Shown piece by piece: positions 63,203 through 64,000 of a stretch of 64,000 bases of DNA. This DNA comes from an uncultured bacterium (GTDB taxonomy: Bacteria > Planctomycetota > UBA1135 > GCA-002686595), in assembly GCA_943787795.1 (NCBI GenBank), contig CALSNU010000001.1, positions 96,001-160,000 on the forward strand. Reading direction: 5' to 3'. The position numbers and the translations under genes are program-made. The number at the start of each line of letters is the position of its first letter. Within the stretch, counting starts at the first letter, position 1. Below the pieces are notes generated by a model. The model did not search any database, was not told where the DNA came from, and was given only the letters and a program-made list of their open reading frames with translations.

Positions 63203-64000
63203 TCAGTTGAACTGGAGCTCGAGTCCGTCAGAGAAGTTGGACGTGGGTGCCCCGCCGGCGCTGTCCCGGAACCAGGTGGTGAAGTTCCAGGTCTCGCCGG
63301 CCACGATCGTGACGGGGCCGGTGGGCGTGGGGTGCAGGGTCAGGTCAACGCCGAGGGTGGCGGCGCCTGCGGGACCAGAGTTGACGATCTGGCCGGGTCC
63401 GACAAAGCGGCCGATGGCCCCGCCGAGGCAGAGGTTGCCCTGGCTCCCGCCGGGGTTCTGGACGAAGCCCTGGGACTGGCTGGTCAGGAAGAAGCAGAAG
63501 GAGTTCGGCGGGAGCTCGGTGGCCTCGAGGGTGAGGTCATTGGCAGCGGCGATCGCGCTCCCAGAGGCGCCCATGACGGCGGGGACTCCGGTGGAGTTGG
63601 GGTTCGCGGCGCAGTAGTTCGTGCCCAGGCTTGAGCCCGTCACGTCGCGCACCTGGAACGCGTTGAGGTGGGGACGGAGGATATTGCTCGGCTGGGGGTG
63701 CGACCCCTCCACCAGGAGCCAGAGCGGGTCGCTGGAGGTCCGGGTGAAGGTGCCGATGCAGTAGGACCCGATGATCGTGTCCTGCGCGCCGGCTTGATTG
63801 TTGGGGTCGGCGTCCAGCGCGCCCGAGAGCGGGCCTTGGGTGACGGCGCTCAGGTTGCTGACGAGCCCGCCTGAGGTCAGGACCGCGCCGACAGCCGAGC
63901 TCATGGTCATCACACGGTCGTACAGCACATTTGTGCTCGTCCCGGTGCGTTGGTCGGAGTACCAGACCTGGACCTCGTAGGTGCTGCCCACGGTCAGCGT
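63203..64000 (-). CDS. Protein with the conserved 141-aa C-terminal domain (5' end outside the window)
   Basis: Frame is open to the window edge; ends with the NYC...[10 protein letters not shown]...WFRD...SNFSDG domain. Confidence 0.85.
   Translation of the reverse strand, partial: TLTVGSTYEVQVWYSDQRTGTSTNVLYDRVMTMSSAVGAVLTSGGLVSNLSAVTQGPLSGALDADPNNQAGAQDTIIGSYCIGTFTRTSSDPLWLLVEGSHPQPSNILRPHLNAFQVRDVTGSSLGTNYCAANPNSTGVPAVMGASGSAIAAANDLTLEATELPPNSFCFFLTSQSQGFVQNPGGSQGNLCLGGAIGRFVGPGQIVNSGPAGAATLGVDLTLHPTPTGPVTIVAGETWNFTTWFRDSAGGAPTSNFSDGLELQFN

Overview
High-GC (about 70% by eye) bacterial chromosomal segment with about 55 genes. It is most likely from a Planctomycetota member. That is an inference from the planctomycete-type ECF sigma factor, the long-insert signal peptidase I next to lptB and the secreted proteins. 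Housekeeping genes: groES-groEL, ligA, cdd, etfBA, lptB, lepB, lepA, rdgB, rph, birA, glnS, ppiC and tRNA-Val(CAC). These are mixed with many secreted or envelope proteins (M12, M14 and M64 peptidases, two diheme cytochrome c peroxidase-family enzymes, an FG-GAP protein, a sulfatase-like lipoprotein). No integrase, transposase, CRISPR array or rRNA was seen. Main signals: (1) one 141-aa C-terminal domain on three unrelated proteins, plus a divergent version on a fourth, suggesting a lineage-specific protein sorting or surface-anchoring system, with Gln at +1 after many signal peptides; (2) an NrtR / SPFH / NAD-kinase-like operon with a perfect 18-bp palindrome over its start; (3) a window-wide leaderless-promoter signature (TAnnnT-N6/7-start codon, 11 genes); (4) polar tandem repeats that copy gene 3' ends (lepA, birA); (5) a stand-alone MshEN + tandem-PilZ c-di-GMP reader pair; (6) a YtkA-like / MauG-MbnH-like / PepSY operon; (7) a single-base frameshift in a large M12 protease gene. 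All product calls come from motif recognition by eye; no database search was run.
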